From NCBI GenBank assembly GCA_943704425.1, contig CALSCP010002457.1:38103-102102 (forward strand): a DNA stretch of 64,000 nt. Direction: 5' to 3'. Within the stretch, counting starts at the first letter, position 1. Every line of letters starts with the position of its first letter. The notes under the pieces were generated by a model. The model did not search any database and was not told the origin of the DNA. It worked only from the letters and a program-made list of their open reading frames with translations. This DNA comes from Ministeria vibrans ATCC 50519 (taxonomy: Eukaryota > Protista > Filasterea). Positions 1 through 14,200 of the stretch are shown here, piece after piece. The translations under genes and the position numbers were made by a program.

Positions 1-2
1 CA

Positions 3-19
3 CCACCGCCACCACCACC

Positions 20-55
<36 letters not shown>

Positions 56-2351
56 GCAGCAGCAGCAGCAGCAGCAGCAACAGCAACAGGTTCAGCCGGT
101 CATTGCTCACTCGCCCCTTCCGATGCCTTCTTCGTCCTCATCCTTGATTGATACTACCTCAACAAAAGATGCGACGCCTTTCGCTGGAAGCAACGAGGAT
201 AAGTCATCGCTGTTGGGCACAACCATACCTGTGACTGTGAAGAAAGAGGAAGATGATTCAGTGATGCCTCAAAGCGTTGTCAAGCCTGACAGGTCTGGTG
301 TGGACAACGTGCAACGGCAACAACAGCAAGATCAGCACAAACAACAGCAATCAGGACGCAAGCGTAAGCGCTTGTCGTCATCCTCCTCCAAACCAACGTC
401 TACGCCTGTGTTGCATTTATCGCGTGAGCTTCACTGTGAACACCCAAATACCACCGCACTGACGACGCTGGGTGCCGAAGCATTTGTGGTGTGCAGTCAG
501 GGTCATGTACATCGACACTCGCTCGAGACGGGCGATGAGACAGGTCGTGTGGAGGGCACGCACAATGTGTCAGCGGTGACGCTGATACGCGATAGTGCGC
601 TCGGCGTCTTGCTTGCATGCGGCGGTCGCGACGGCTCGGTGCGTGTGTTTGTGGCGGCAACTGGCATCCTAGTGCAAGCGTGGTTGCTGGATCAAGACTA
701 TGTGACCGCCTTGGCAGGCTGTCATTTTGATTTGATGGCCATCACTTCGATGGGGAAGCAGCTGGTACATTTGGACATTGCGAGTGGCTGTACTGCAATG
801 GTCAATCACCATTTTGCCGACGAGATCCACAACGACTCGCGTGCGTCCGCCCTCGACGTCTGCTATGACCCCTCCGATTCCACTCTGCCGCCCGTCTTTG
901 TTGTGGGCATTTCGCAACAGCTTGGACTGCTGCAACGACAGCCATCCAGTGCCGTCGAGTACCGCCTCTCCATTCTTGATGTGGGTGCCCCCGTACAGCA
1001 GTTTGTCTGCAATGGTGCGTCACTTGTGTGCACCACGACCGAACGGGCGTTGTTGACCACCGTACGCTATCAGAACATTGTGCGCAACGTTGCTGGCTTG
1101 TCCTGTCCACTGAAGACGGCGGGCCAGCCCATTCAGAATGAGGTCACAGCCATGGCGGTGGACTCCAAGTATGCGTATCTGGGCTACATCGATGGATATG
1201 TGAACGTTCATGACATCAAAACGGCGTCTCTTGTACATGCCTTTACGGATGGCTTGGATCACCCCGTTCACAGCATTTCGCTGGTAGGCTCAAATGCGTT
1301 CGCTTGCCTCTCGGAGGGCACGCTCTGGTTGACTTCGACCATTCCTGCTCATGCGTACACTTGCCGCTGGACCGGGTGTGCGGTCTTGTGTGGCATGCTC
1401 TCACACCTTGAGATGCACGCACGTAGCGTGCACTTCGCCTCAGTCACGGGTGAGCCACTCACCGAAGTCCAATGCCAGTGGTGCGACTCTTCGACCCAGC
1501 CCTGTCTGGTTCACCTGAGCGACGCAAATTTCTCCAAACACATCAACGAGCACGGCGACACCTCATGGCATCGTCACAAAGAAGGTCGTGCGCAACAGGC
1601 CGTCACCATGGTGACACCACTTTCCCAGCTAGCCGTCAGCGCCGACATTATGCAACGCACCGACATCGTCTCCATGTGCGGCATGCCCGACTGTGGCAGT
1701 CTGGTGGACACGACAGCCGAATTGGCCGCGCACCTTGTCCGTAGTCACAACCATGAGCTGTTTGCTGGTAGTGAAAGCGAAAGGGAGGATGAGGACGAGG
1801 TTGAGGACGAGGAGAAAGAAGAAGAAGAAGAAGAAGAAGAGGAGGAGGAGGAGGAGGAGGAGGAGGAGGACGACGACGACTTTGATATCGATGTAGAAGA
1901 GAGCGACAGCAGCGATGACGACGACTTGTGCACGCCAGTGTGGCAAAACACGCGACCACCCAAACCTCAAGCGTCATCCACCTTCACCACCACCACATCA
2001 ACGACGGAAGCGCCCCCCTCCAAACGCCACAAGAATGACACAGCCACAACCAAGACGTACCCGCCCAAGCAACCCCCCAAGAAACACCCTATCCCCCCTT
2101 GGATCCGCAACAGCGCGTCGAAGCACTCGACCAACCACGCCAGGACCACCGCTGGCATCCCGCCCGACCCCTACGAAGTCTTGCAGATCCATCGGTGGGC
2201 CAATCCCTCCACCATCAAGTCACACTACTACGAACTCGCACGTCAGTTCCATCCCGACCGTAATCCAAACAATCCTGATGCCAACGCTCAGTTTGCTGCA
2301 ATCTCCGCCGCATATCAAACTCTCGTCGCACAAAGTAATTCTCTTAAGTAG
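3..2351 (+). CDS. ZNF106-like WD40-repeat + C2H2 zinc-finger protein with C-terminal DnaJ domain (5' end probably outside window)
   Basis: The frame is open from the window start (polyP/polyQ) into ORF 123..2351. It shows WD40-like strands (GGRDGSVRVF, GYIDGYVNVHDI), C2H2 fingers (YTCRWTGC..HLEMHARSVH; CGMPDC..HLVRSH), an acidic tract, and a J-domain (DPYEVL..YYELARQFHPDRNP..FAAISAAYQTL). Confidence 0.8.
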
Positions 2352-2423
2352 AACTAAGCTTAAGATTAATGAATGGCATGTACAATGATTGTACCATAAA
2401 AAATCTTTCTATGATATTTTGTG

Positions 2424-2704
2424 TCATTTCTTTTCCACGTTGACGTTGACAATTCTGCCCTCGATTCGGGGGGCAATGGCGCGAAACCGAGAGTTTGCCC
2501 ATGGCTTGCCCATCCAGCGGGCGAGAGCGCGTCGCTGAGGACGAGTAGCCGAGTCAAAGGCATCGACGGCCTCCACTTGGCGGAAGAAGTTGCGCAGGAG
2601 AGTTGACAGAAGGGCGCCTTGTTCGTCGTCAATCACGAGCTTCAACTGGAGGAAAGACGACGAGAGAGAGAGAGACAGACAGCGACAGATTCAGCTCGAG
2701 AAAA

Positions 2705-2739
<35 letters not shown>

Positions 2740-2762
2740 CAGAGACAGAGACAGAGAGAGAC

Positions 2763-2793
<31 letters not shown>

Positions 2794-3159
2794 CAGAGAG
2801 ACAGAGAGAGAGACAGAAAACAAGGTGATAGAGAGAGAAAGAGGTATCATTATTGCCGTGTGGCTTACGTCTTTGAGCATGGTGTAGCCATCGTTGCCCT
2901 GCTGAAGGTAATGGCGCGTACAGCACCTGAGTGTGTCTGTGTCTTTAATCTCGCGCCCGTTGAGGGTGACGCTTAGAAGTCGCTCACCAGCCCTCCTTGC
3001 GCCGTCAAAGACCACGCGAACGCCTTGGCTCACCTGTGGGAAGCGTCCTTCGTGCGCCGGATACCGCGACACGCCATTCTCAAGCGCAGCACGAAACCTT
3101 GCACCGCTTATCTCAACCACAACGCAACTGAATAGACAAGAGCGTAAGCTAGTGTGCGT

Positions 3160-3207
<48 letters not shown>

Positions 3208-3608
3208 TACGTGTCCTCAAAGGGAAAGGCATCCATCACATCGCCCACTGTGACTGTGCCAGGCTCAACTACACTGTCTCCACGAATGGACCCTGAAGAA
3301 TGCATAATACACAAAGAGAGAGAACAGAGTTGAGAAAAAACGTGTTCTTTCGGTGTGTCCTTTGTACCGCCACACAAAAAGGCCACATCGCAATTGTACG
3401 CGCCCAACATTACATCCGCTACCAGATTGCCCCACGTAGACTCAGCAGTGCGCACAACCTGACAAGAAACAGAAAATGTCAATTCTAACCCTAACCCCAC
3501 TTTCTCAAGTAGCCCATCTCTCAGTCACACACACACACACTCAGTCTCTCTTTCTCCCTACTCTCCCTCTCTCTATCACTTTGATTCTATATCACTTTTT
3601 CTTTCTCC

Positions 3609-3679
<71 letters not shown>

Positions 3680-3804
3680 AACTCTCTCTCTTGAACTCTC
3701 TCTCTCTCTCTTGAACTCTCTTGAACTCTCTCTTGAACTCTCTCTTGAACTCTCTCTTGAACTCTCTCTTGAACTCTCTCTCTCTCTTGAACTCTCTCTC
3801 TCTT

Positions 3805-3883
<79 letters not shown>

Positions 3884-4967
3884 AACTCTCTCTCTCTCTC
3901 TCTCAGTTCTTACACTGACACGCCCATCAAGTGCCACCTGAGTCGCTCCAATTTCCAGCTTGAGCATCTCATTCAGATCCGCCGACAGGGCATCGACCTC
4001 TGCTTTGGTCTCAGGCTCCTCCGCCAAGTCCCCTGTAATCGTGTGTCGCTCAACAGTCACGCCCGTCCGGCGGTGCGTCGTCGGATCGAGTGACACAGTC
4101 ACCACGGAGAGGTCACGAAAGTCACTGCCACTCTTGAGCACAAGAGTGTCCCCAATGCGCTCTTCCATGTAGAAATGATCCTGAAGCAAACAGTCAACAA
4201 TAACTCATTACTCATTCTCTTTCTTTTTCCTCACATGACCGCCAAGAACCAGATCAATTTCGGGCACCTCCATCGCCAGGCGACGGTCGTTGTGCATGCG
4301 CATGTGTGTCAGCGCGACGATCAGCGTGCACCCTTCGGCGCGCAGTCTGACAGCGTAGCGATGTCCCGCCGTCACAAAATCCTCGTATGACAGCTCACAC
4401 GAAGTGTTGGGGAGCGTCTCGATCCAGTCCTGCTCGACAAGCCCCACAATGCCAACTCGGACGCCGTTGTACGTTTTCGCTAGTGACCTTATCGAGCAAT
4501 CTAGGGAGGAGAGAGAGAAAGTTCAAATTGTTCATTTTCAGACCCTCCTTACCAACCAATGGCTCTCCCGTTGCTTGGCTCACGTTAGTCAGCAGCCATG
4601 GGAAGGTGCAGGTCCGAAACAGCGACGTCTCGCAGCCAAAATCCAGATCATGATTGCCTACGGGTCAACAGTCACCATTCACTGTTGACATGGGACAACA
4701 CCCCACACACGCCAAACGCCTACCCACACACGCAACATCAACAATGCGGTTTATCACCGGGACCATATGATGCCCTCGAGTGATGGAGGAGAGTGTAGAC
4801 GGGTTGAAGACGTCGCCCGAGAACAGCACCGGCACCTGATCAGGAGCTGCGTGCGATTGGAGATCACGGATTTTTTGCACAAATCGAGCCGCGCCTGCTT
4901 TGGGCTCCGTCGCGCGAGGCGCCACATGGTATACGTCGTTGAAGTGGATGAATTTCAAAGAAGACAT
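2424..4967 (-). CDS. 5'-nucleotidase / calcineurin-like metallophosphoesterase with 5'-nucleotidase C domain (multi-exon)
   Basis: Spliced motifs IHFNDVYH, SGDVFNPS, G|NHDLDFG, ALTHMR, LVLGGH|DH, KSGSDF, ESTWGNLVAD, GRFPQVS, YLQQGNDGY. ATG at 4967, stop at 2426-2424. Confidence 0.9.
2662..2838. repeat. Intronic (GA)n/(GAGACA)n microsatellite
   Basis: Directly visible tandem repeats. Confidence 0.95.
3612..3904. repeat. Intronic (CT)n microsatellite with embedded ~12-nt TTGAACTCTCTC tandem units
   Basis: Directly visible tandem repeats. Confidence 0.95.
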
Positions 4968-5223
4968 GAGAAAAAAATAATAATTTTGATTTTTTGTTGA
5001 ATAATCATGAGCTGTACTCAACGTCAATTCATAATAATTATTATTCTAATTCTCTAAGACTAGTGTATAGAAGTCGAGTTTTGGTTTCATGCAATTGATC
5101 TGTTGAGTGAGTTGCTCGCTCTCGCTCACTCTCTGTTCTAGAGTCGAGACGCCTCTGCCTGACGCATTCTCATTCAGTGAACTAATAAATAGCTCACTGG
5201 TCATAGTTGTTGTTCATTTTTGT

Positions 5224-8200
5224 TTATACTAAGCTCTCTGCTAACCTCCTCTCCTCCATCTCGTGCTCAAACGCCACCATGTCACACAGTACAATGCGTC
5301 CGTCAGCGTTGGCCGCTACCACAATCGAGTCGGAGCTCACGTCCACCGTGCGCAACATGTTCAACTCGTGATACTGCACAAGGCGGCCACTCGAGCCGAG
5401 CCAGTACAGACCACCCTGAGCCGTCTTGTCGAGCACCGCCGTCTTGTCCGCGCCTGCCGTTGCCACGTAGACTGCATATAGCGTACGACTAATGGGCACC
5501 CAGTCGTCGCGCCGCCATGCATACACGCGCGGCTTCGTATTCGTGCACGCCATAAAGCCATCTTCGCCAATCGACAGCGTCGTATGATTCTTGCCGCGTC
5601 CCAGCGACATCCAACGTCGCTCTTCGGCACGCCAGCGCAATGGCAACCCGCCCATATCCACTGCAAGCGCGTTGTCACCCACACCCGCCGAAATGAACCG
5701 CACTTGACCAGGCAGCACGCGCCATCGCATCTGCCCATCACGACGGTGCACTGTGCCGTCTCGCGCGCGCGCCCACACGAACAACCCGTCACAGACAGAG
5801 ACCCCCGCCAGCGCCGGCGGCGCCGCATCATCACACGTCCACTCGCCCGTCGCACGGTTCTGCTCATAGAGTGCTCCACTCCGCGTCACACACACAAAAC
5901 AACCAATTCGACCGCCTCGCGACACGTCCACCACAAACTCGGGCGGCTGTTGCGCAAGCACAAACCGCTGGTATGACGGCTCTCGCAGGAGCACTCCTCG
6001 CTCCCGCGTGCATCCCACAAGCACTCCATCGTCGCCCATCTCTACTTCCTTCATCCACACCATCCGCGTCACCGGCTCCCACTGCGCCTTCTCCACGTCC
6101 ACCAGACGGTACACGCATCCTTCGCGATCCCACAACGCAACACTCGTTGACGATCCACAACTCACCCCCGCAATGTTCCGTGCCGACCCATTGTGCCGAT
6201 CCCAGTCACTGCCATTCCACACAAACACATTGTGCTCATTGTTGACACAGTACATCGTGCCGTCCGTGCCAACCGACAGTGCCTCGTGGCGACGTCCCCG
6301 AAGCCTCACAAACACCTGCTGTTCCTCAATCCACAAGTGCGGTGTCCGGTCCATGTCTCGTGGAAACATCACTGCCGCCGAGCCAACGCCAGCGTCCACC
6401 CACCCACACCCTCCACGCGATGGCATCGCCACAGCAACCCACCCCATTCGCAACGCCAGATCCGCACGCTCCGCCTCCTCTTCCTCCTCCTCTTCCTCCT
6501 CGTCGACCTTCTCCTTTTCTTCCTCCTCCTCATCCTGTACCACATCGTCGCTGTGTCGTTGTCGCCGAAGTTGTCGACGACGACGCTGCACTCGCACCGC
6601 CGTGGCATAGCATCGACGGTAAAGGGCGTAGGGCGCATCACGCTGCACCGCCCACACGTGTGTGTCCGAGGCACTCACTTGCGCACACTCAAAGCTTAGC
6701 GGCTCCCTCACCCATTCTTGCGTGGCCGCATCAAATTGCCACAAAACACCCGATTGACCCACCACAAAGAGTGCCTCGTTCGATGCGTGACGCGTCACCG
6801 ACACTACAAACTCGGGGGGCTGCGGTGTAAACGCATTCTCAGGCAATTTCGAAAGCGAGAAGATGAGCCCATCGCGAAAGGAACCGACCACAGCGTGTGT
6901 CGGCGCAACGTCCATCGACTGCACCAGACGCAAACGTCCCTCGCGGAATCCAGGCGCATCACGGTGGATCCAGTCAACGTTGCCACACGCATCGCGGCCA
7001 AGAACGTGGCGCGCGTTGCCCACCGACACGGCCACGTGGCCCTCGGATTGACGCCGCATCTCTTTCCACCGCTTGGGGTTTGTGTGAAGCAACACCCCGT
7101 TGCCGTCCGAAACCCATGGAGACCCGTCGTGGCCCAGAGCACAATCAGGCGCCCGTATCTGTGTCGGGTACACTTCGATCAGTCGCTGACCCGACGACGC
7201 CCGATGCATTGCCATGGCACCGCCACGACTCAGCACCATTAGCGCCCCCATCTGTGGACCACCCAAACTCACGGCACTCGCACCACCCTCGACCGGAACG
7301 TGGTTCCAGTCATTGTTGCCCTCACGCGTGAACAAGTGTCCCTCGCGTGTGCGTACCGCCAGAAATCCACCCACACAATCAAGTGACACCTGAACACAGC
7401 GCTCGGGTGCACCAACAACACGCGTCCATGATGGTGGTCGCCCCTGGCGTGTGTTGTACGAGTAAAGCCCGCCATCTACACACACCGCCATCAAAAGCAA
7501 GCGTTTCTCGTCGGCCGACACGGACACGGCCGCCAACGGAGGTTGAGGCACTGTCAGGAGCACGCCATTGAGCGGTTCGCGCACCAGCACCACTCGACCG
7601 CTGCTTGTCACGACCACAATGACCCCGTGGTGGTTCACATCCACCCACACAATGCCACCCAGCGAAAGAGGCAAATCCACGTCAAGACGCTCCCAGCACT
7701 TCTTCGCATCTAGAAACACCACTCCAAGTGCGTCCCAGCCAACGGTCGCAAAACGTCCGCCCGTCCGCACTCCCATCAATCCCATGCTCGATGAAACACT
7801 CGTCGTGCGCCCAATCTTCTCAAATGGCACACTCTGTCCACCCAGCAGTGCACGCATGCCGTCGTGTGCCGACAGCGTCACATACGTTCCGTCCGAAGCA
7901 ACGTCGCCTGCTGTCACAATCGTCTCCGCGCGTGTCACCGCATTCCAACACGGCCGAGACGCACTCGCTTCCATCAGACGTCCCCCACACACCTCGACAG
8001 CTGAGAGAGGACAGCCTCGACCACACGCGAGTCCCTGGCCACGCATCTGCCGCGTAATCTGCCCACCCCCGATTAGCTGCCATGACAATGGTGACGAAGA
8101 GGAAAGCTCCAACGTCAGCACTTGCCGGGTGTCCCTCTCCGTGGCAACCACCCAGCCGTCATCCGTGAGATCCGCCACGCAAAAGAACACTGACTTACCC

Positions 8201-11200
8201 TCGTAGACACGCGGCAGCCAGCGCACTGTGGGCACGCGCTCATCGGTCGACGTCATGAGCCCAAAGTGGTTCACCGACACAACACACACAGCGCCAATGT
8301 CGCTCACACACGCAAGCGACGACTCACCTGGACGTCGATGCTCATGTCCATACGGGCTCCACGTGGAAATGGACACATGTGCAAGTGCGGTGTCCTCGGG
8401 CAGAGTTGTGGAATGCCAGCGACGCTGCTCAAAGCGACGTTGCTCTGCCATCCGCACACTCAAATGCGTACGATGGATCTTGTTGTCGCGACAGGCCGCA
8501 AGCACAACACCACCGTGGCTCACGTCAACCGCGATCACGTCAAGGATTTCCACCAGGCGGATCCACTTGTTGCGCAGGCTGTCCAAACGCCACAACTCGC
8601 CGCTCGATGTCGCTACCACCACCTGACTCGCGTCTGCCGCACCCACACTCACGACACGTCGTAGACTCCCCACACGCGTCCACACGGGTGCGTCGTTGTG
8701 CCAGGTACGCCGGTGAACATATCCATTCGAGTTGTCCACGGCAATAAGGTCGCCATTGCAGCAGCAGGCAACCGCGCGAAAGGCAAGGCCATTAGTCTTT
8801 TCGCGACGCCACTCAAAATCACCATGCCACACCCACAGGGCACCACTCAGCGTTGTAATTGCACCCAGATAGCGGTGTGCCAGCGACACCGACGTCACCG
8901 TCTCGCCACTGCCCACCATACGACTGGGCTCCAACGGGCGCAAAAGTGGTCTGCGTCCGGCATCCGTACACAAGAGAGCACCATCAAAGAGAGCCACCAC
9001 AAACCCATCGTGACCAACGGCAACTGCTGAGCACGGTGAATTTTCCACAGGCGAACACAACTGTTGCCAAATACCCTGGTCGCCCTCAAGAAACCAGGCA
9101 GTCTCGGACGACGACGACAGCGCCACCGTAAACAGCGGAGTCACCGAGCCACGTCCCGCCGTCGACACTCCCATGACGTCCTCAGGCAACGCCGGCACAA
9201 ACGTACGACGGTCATGCTCACGTTGCTGTAGCAAAACCATGTCACTCTGGAACTCGGTGCCGGGTGGTAGCACGGCGTGCACACGACCATCGGCACACAC
9301 GGCCGCAATGGCACCCGCCGACGACACGTCCGCATGCAATACGCTGCCGAGTCGCTCAACAAGCGACCACTTGCCGTCACGATAACGCTCCAACGTACCT
9401 CCCATGCGCCACGCCACAACATTCGCCTGGTTCGCCACTGCAACTCCCTCCATGCCCTCGTGGATTTTTCGCCATAAACCGGGCGCAACGCGCTCCAGCA
9501 CTTGGTGGTTCACGTCCACCACATACATACACTGATCTTGCTGTTCGCCCAGACTCACGCACATTACACTCGCCGGCAGTCCCGTCTCCTCCACCCAACA
9601 CTTATCGGTCGTTGTGTACGTCCACACCAGACCGGCCACAGTTACCACCGACACCACCGAAGCCGAGGCCACCGCAACTTGCCTGCCTACGTGTGCCTCG
9701 GGCAACAGCACCACCGGATCAGACCATTCCTCACGGCGTCGGCTCCACCACTGCAGCGCACGACCGTCCTCACGCAGCGACACCAGCGAGCCGTCCACGG
9801 CCGCCGCCACGGCCCGTCGCGGTGCGTCATTGGAAGTCCTGCACTCGTTCCAACGACCCTCCTTGCCCTCATCCATGTGCCACAGCCACACTTCGCCACG
9901 TCCATTGAGTACGACCGCCTCGGCGTCCGAGCGCGACGAAAATGACACGGTACGCAAAGAGCCACTCGTCAGATTGGGCAACTCGGCGGTGTGCAGTCGC
10001 TGAAGCTCGCGAATTACACTCACAAATTGCTCAGCGCACTCAGCGGTCGCCACTGGCAGGCGCAACCAGTGGCCACACGGCGCCTGCGATCGACGTGCCT
10101 CCACATGCGCGCGACTCATCCTTTCCAGCTCGCGCGCACTGAACCGTACGTCACCGGGCGACGCACGACGCCGCAAATGCGGCGTGTGAACCACTACAAG
10201 ATCCACAACACGCGAGTCGCCGGCGTTGATCTGGGGTGGAGCAAGCGCCGAAAGGAACGACTGAAATACCACGGAGTAGTCGCAGTCGCGCGCTCCCGAT
10301 ACTGGCTTCACCAACATCAGACGGTCCGTTGTGAGCAGTAAAATGACAATTTGTCCGGCCGGCGCTTGCCGCAGCACCACGGGACTCGTGAGCTTAACGT
10401 GCAGCGCATAGCGCTCACTACCACTCACAACACCAAGTTGTCGCAACACCTCCTGGTAGTAGGCACCGTCTGGATGGTATGCCTCGAGTACGCCACTGTG
10501 TGCCACCACACGCGGCAATCGCACCATGGTCGTGCCATCGTTAGCACACCGCCGTGACACCAGCACCGAAAAGGCCTCGGCCACTCCCACCAGCGGACCA
10601 ATCATCACACCAAGAGCACCAGCAATCACATTCAAAAAAAAGCCCTTGGCGCCTCGGCTGCGACGTCCTATACCCACCGAGCTGAACGCCTCTGTGACAC
10701 CCGACGTCAGCGCCGACGCTGCATTCACGAGACGACCGCGGGAGCGGAGGGCACGCTGTCGCTGGTGGCGACGGTACAAATAGTCGGCGTCAAATATGCG
10801 ACGGACTTTCACTGCTCCCACGAGCACGCTGGCAAACTGCGTCACACCACTTACCGTGTCCGCCACTCCGTCAACGAGGCCTCGCAGGGCGCGCTTGTCG
10901 CCACGCCCCATGTCCTTGAGTGCACGCCCAAACGTGTCCGCAATGTTAGGCAAGTTGAGAACCGCTTGCGCAACTAGCGGAACAAGCTTGGCCCAGATGC
11001 TGTCAGAGACATGCGCAAAAAAGTAGCCTTGTAGCTCCATGGGAGTCAGGAACAAATTGCCGCGATCCAACGGCGGAATGTCAATCTTTAAATTGTTCAT
11101 GGTAGAGCCCCGCTCGATCCATGTATACAGCTGATTGTAGCGCGAGCGACGCAGATGCATCAGTTCATTGGCGCCTAGCATGCACGACCGGTAGTTAAGG

Positions 11201-14200
11201 CAAAGCTGAAGTTCGCCCAGATGTCCCGTGTACACATAGATGGAACCGCCCGTCGACGCCACCAACTCGGCCACGAGCGCCGCGTCCGATATGTTGGTGG
11301 GCGCAAAGTCAGGCAGCTCATCTTGAATGTCCGCTGCAAACCGGAGCAGAATCATAAGGTACACCTCCTCGAGCGACACCACCAGATTGGTCGGGAGTAT
11401 CACACGAAAATCGTCCACTGCCGCAATCTCCGTGCCCATCGACGTGATCACACCGTCCTCGCCAACATCCCGCGACGTCGGCACTGCCATGCTCAAATAC
11501 ACCTCGAGGAACTTGCACTTGCCCTCCACGGCCTCCTCGCCGCCACGGCTGTCGCTCATTGTCCGCTTCTTGGGTGCGCCTGCCGACACAACAATGGGGA
11601 AGGGTGTGTCCGCTTCGGTGACATTGTCTACCTGCAGTCGATCGATGATAAGCGACAATGTCGTCTTGGGCAATAGATCCGCCGAGATATTCACGTCGGT
11701 GAGACACGCATAAAGAATTTCGCGATTGCACTTGTCAATGGCACTAAAGCCAACACCCACGACGCGTAAATCAAATCCCCACGACCACACATTGGCCTTC
11801 TGCTTTCGCTTCAACGCCCGTGCTCGCAGTCGACTCTCCTTGCGTTCACGCGCCAGCGACACATTGCCACCAACGGAAAATCGCTCGGCATCCTCATTTT
11901 CGTTGTCGTCAGAGGAATCTTCAGAGTCGTCCTTGTCGTCGTTCTCGTCCTCTTCTTCTTCTTCTTCTTCTTCTTCTTCTTCTTCTTCTTCTTCTTCTTC
12001 TTCTTCTTCTTCTTCTTCTCCTTCCTCGTCGGCTCCCCCGTCCAACATTTCGTACGAGTTAAAAAGCGCGCTCCGTCCACCATCGTCACGAATCACAACG
12101 CACCGAGTAAAGCCCTCAGGCTCGACCGACACGCTCAACAGACCCGAGCCGGGCAACACTTGTTGCACGTCAAAGTATTGGTGTTCATGTTTGCGTGCTC
12201 GCCCTGACTTCATCACAATCTGCGGTTCCTTCGATATCTTGCCACTCATGTCCACCGTCAACAGCCTGTCGGGGTAGGCCTCCACCGACACACGTCCATT
12301 TGAGATTGTCCATCGTTCGCGAGCCCCATCGACGCGGTCGTTGCGCTCTCGCAGCACCAGTTTACCTCCAACCTTGCCCGCATCGCTTGGCACGTAGCAC
12401 AGAATGCGCTCACTGCCACGATGACGCAAGCGACAGTCGGCCGTCAGTTGCCATTGTTGCCAGGCGCGTTCGGGCGCACTCGCGTACGGCTCGTCAACGG
12501 TGATCGTTCGTCGTCGAGCGCTCACTCGCTCGCCCTTGGCGTTGCTCAGCAACACCGTCGTCGTATGGTCTGCCTGTTTCACCGAGAGAAGCTGTTGCTT
12601 AGAGCCGCCGCGTAAAGCCAGCGAGAACCACACGGCATACTCAAGGGTGTATAGTTTGTGTTTCGTGCCCAAATCAATGTCCTCGGGCGGATCCATGAAC
12701 ACGCTCGACTGCGCCGACTGGGTTCCCACGCGCACAAGACGGTGAGGTGGTGGCGCCAGGGAAAACGTTTGACACGTGACGCTTGAGCGCGGCGCAAGCT
12801 CAATGCATTCGTAGTTGCCCTTGCCACGGACACGGACGGCGGTGAGTACCAACTCCGGGTCGATCAGGCTGCACAAGTGACCTCCCGAAAACATCCACTG
12901 CTGGTGGTAGGCCGAGCTGGAGACGGGTGCGCGTGCAATCACCGGCAATCCCACCTGTGGCTTGCCCGTGCCCGCAATGTCAATCACCAGGTTCTCGGCC
13001 ATGTTCGCGATGCGCCCGTCCGACGTGAAGCGCCAGAGCTGTCGTCGACCGTGCATCCCGTGCGTCTTCTTGGGCACCAACGACAAGCGGTCGTAGCGTT
13101 TCTCCTTCAAACGCATGTAAAAGCCCTTGCGGTGCGGTTCATCGTACTTGCGCGTGCCTACACGACGCCCCGTGTAGTCCACGGCAAGCACACCGCGCCC
13201 CACCATCTCAATGTAAAAAAAGTCCGAATTGTCCACGAGGCGATCGCCACTATCGGCAATGGCACTCGCCACAGCCGGCTCGCGATCGCCCGAGTACACA
13301 TAGGGATCAACCACGACCGAAATGACCTCGCCTCTCGCGGCTGTCGTCTGATCAATCACAAAGGGAGTAGACGAGCCAGGACTCACGCGGATGAGATCTC
13401 TCAAGGCACCCGACTCGGACCTGGTGCTGGCGCGACGCGTTGCCGCCTCATCAGTCGCGTTGGTCTCGTTGGTGTGTCGCAACTGCTCATCAACCTCGTG
13501 CTCCTGTTCGTCAAGTAGTCGGTCAAAGTTTGGCAGCGTGCGCTGTCGAAAGAGCACTGGCACAAACGACTTGTTGATAAGACGGAATGCGGGTGCACCC
13601 GTGTTGGAGCGCACAATGACGTACAACGCGGTGTCGCGACGACGAAACTCCACATTGAAGTGCAAAGGACTCGCGTGAGAGTCTCTGCCAGTGGCGGTCG
13701 CCCTCACTCGCATTTCAATCACGGTCGTGCCCAATGAATTCGCTTGTGGCTCGATAGGCGTCGACCAGTCGTAGCGCTCGTCAATTTTTCCTGTTTCAGG
13801 GTTGATTTTGATCATTTGTAATGTTGCACGATGACCCGACATGAAATAGAAGGGATGCAGGCGACCGTTGGGCAGCTCAAGTACAGTCGACTCAACCAAC
13901 GATGAGTCACTCTCGCAAGTCGACTCGTCACCGACAATCGCCCTTCCCGTCACTGACGACGGCCGCGACACGCACTGACCCAGACGAATGGCACTGCCTG
14001 ACAGGTTGCACACCATGAGCGATGGATCGACGCGTAAATGAGTGGTGCGATTCGACGCGGACTGGTGGGTCGCGACCACTGTGAGTTGACGCACCAGCGA
14101 GTTGTGGCTCTTGAACACCATGACTTGAAGCGGGAAGAGGCTGCCCACGCTAATCTTAGACGACCACTGGATAGGCACAGGCTCACCATTGCTCAGACGT

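Noticed and set aside
3485-3497. CTAACCCTAACC telomere-like repeat (also GGTTAGGG near 45609)
   Set aside because: Only one or two units, inside introns; expected by chance.
2590-3918. ORFs encoding RE/RD/SL/VC dipeptide repeats
   Set aside because: Translations of intronic microsatellites.
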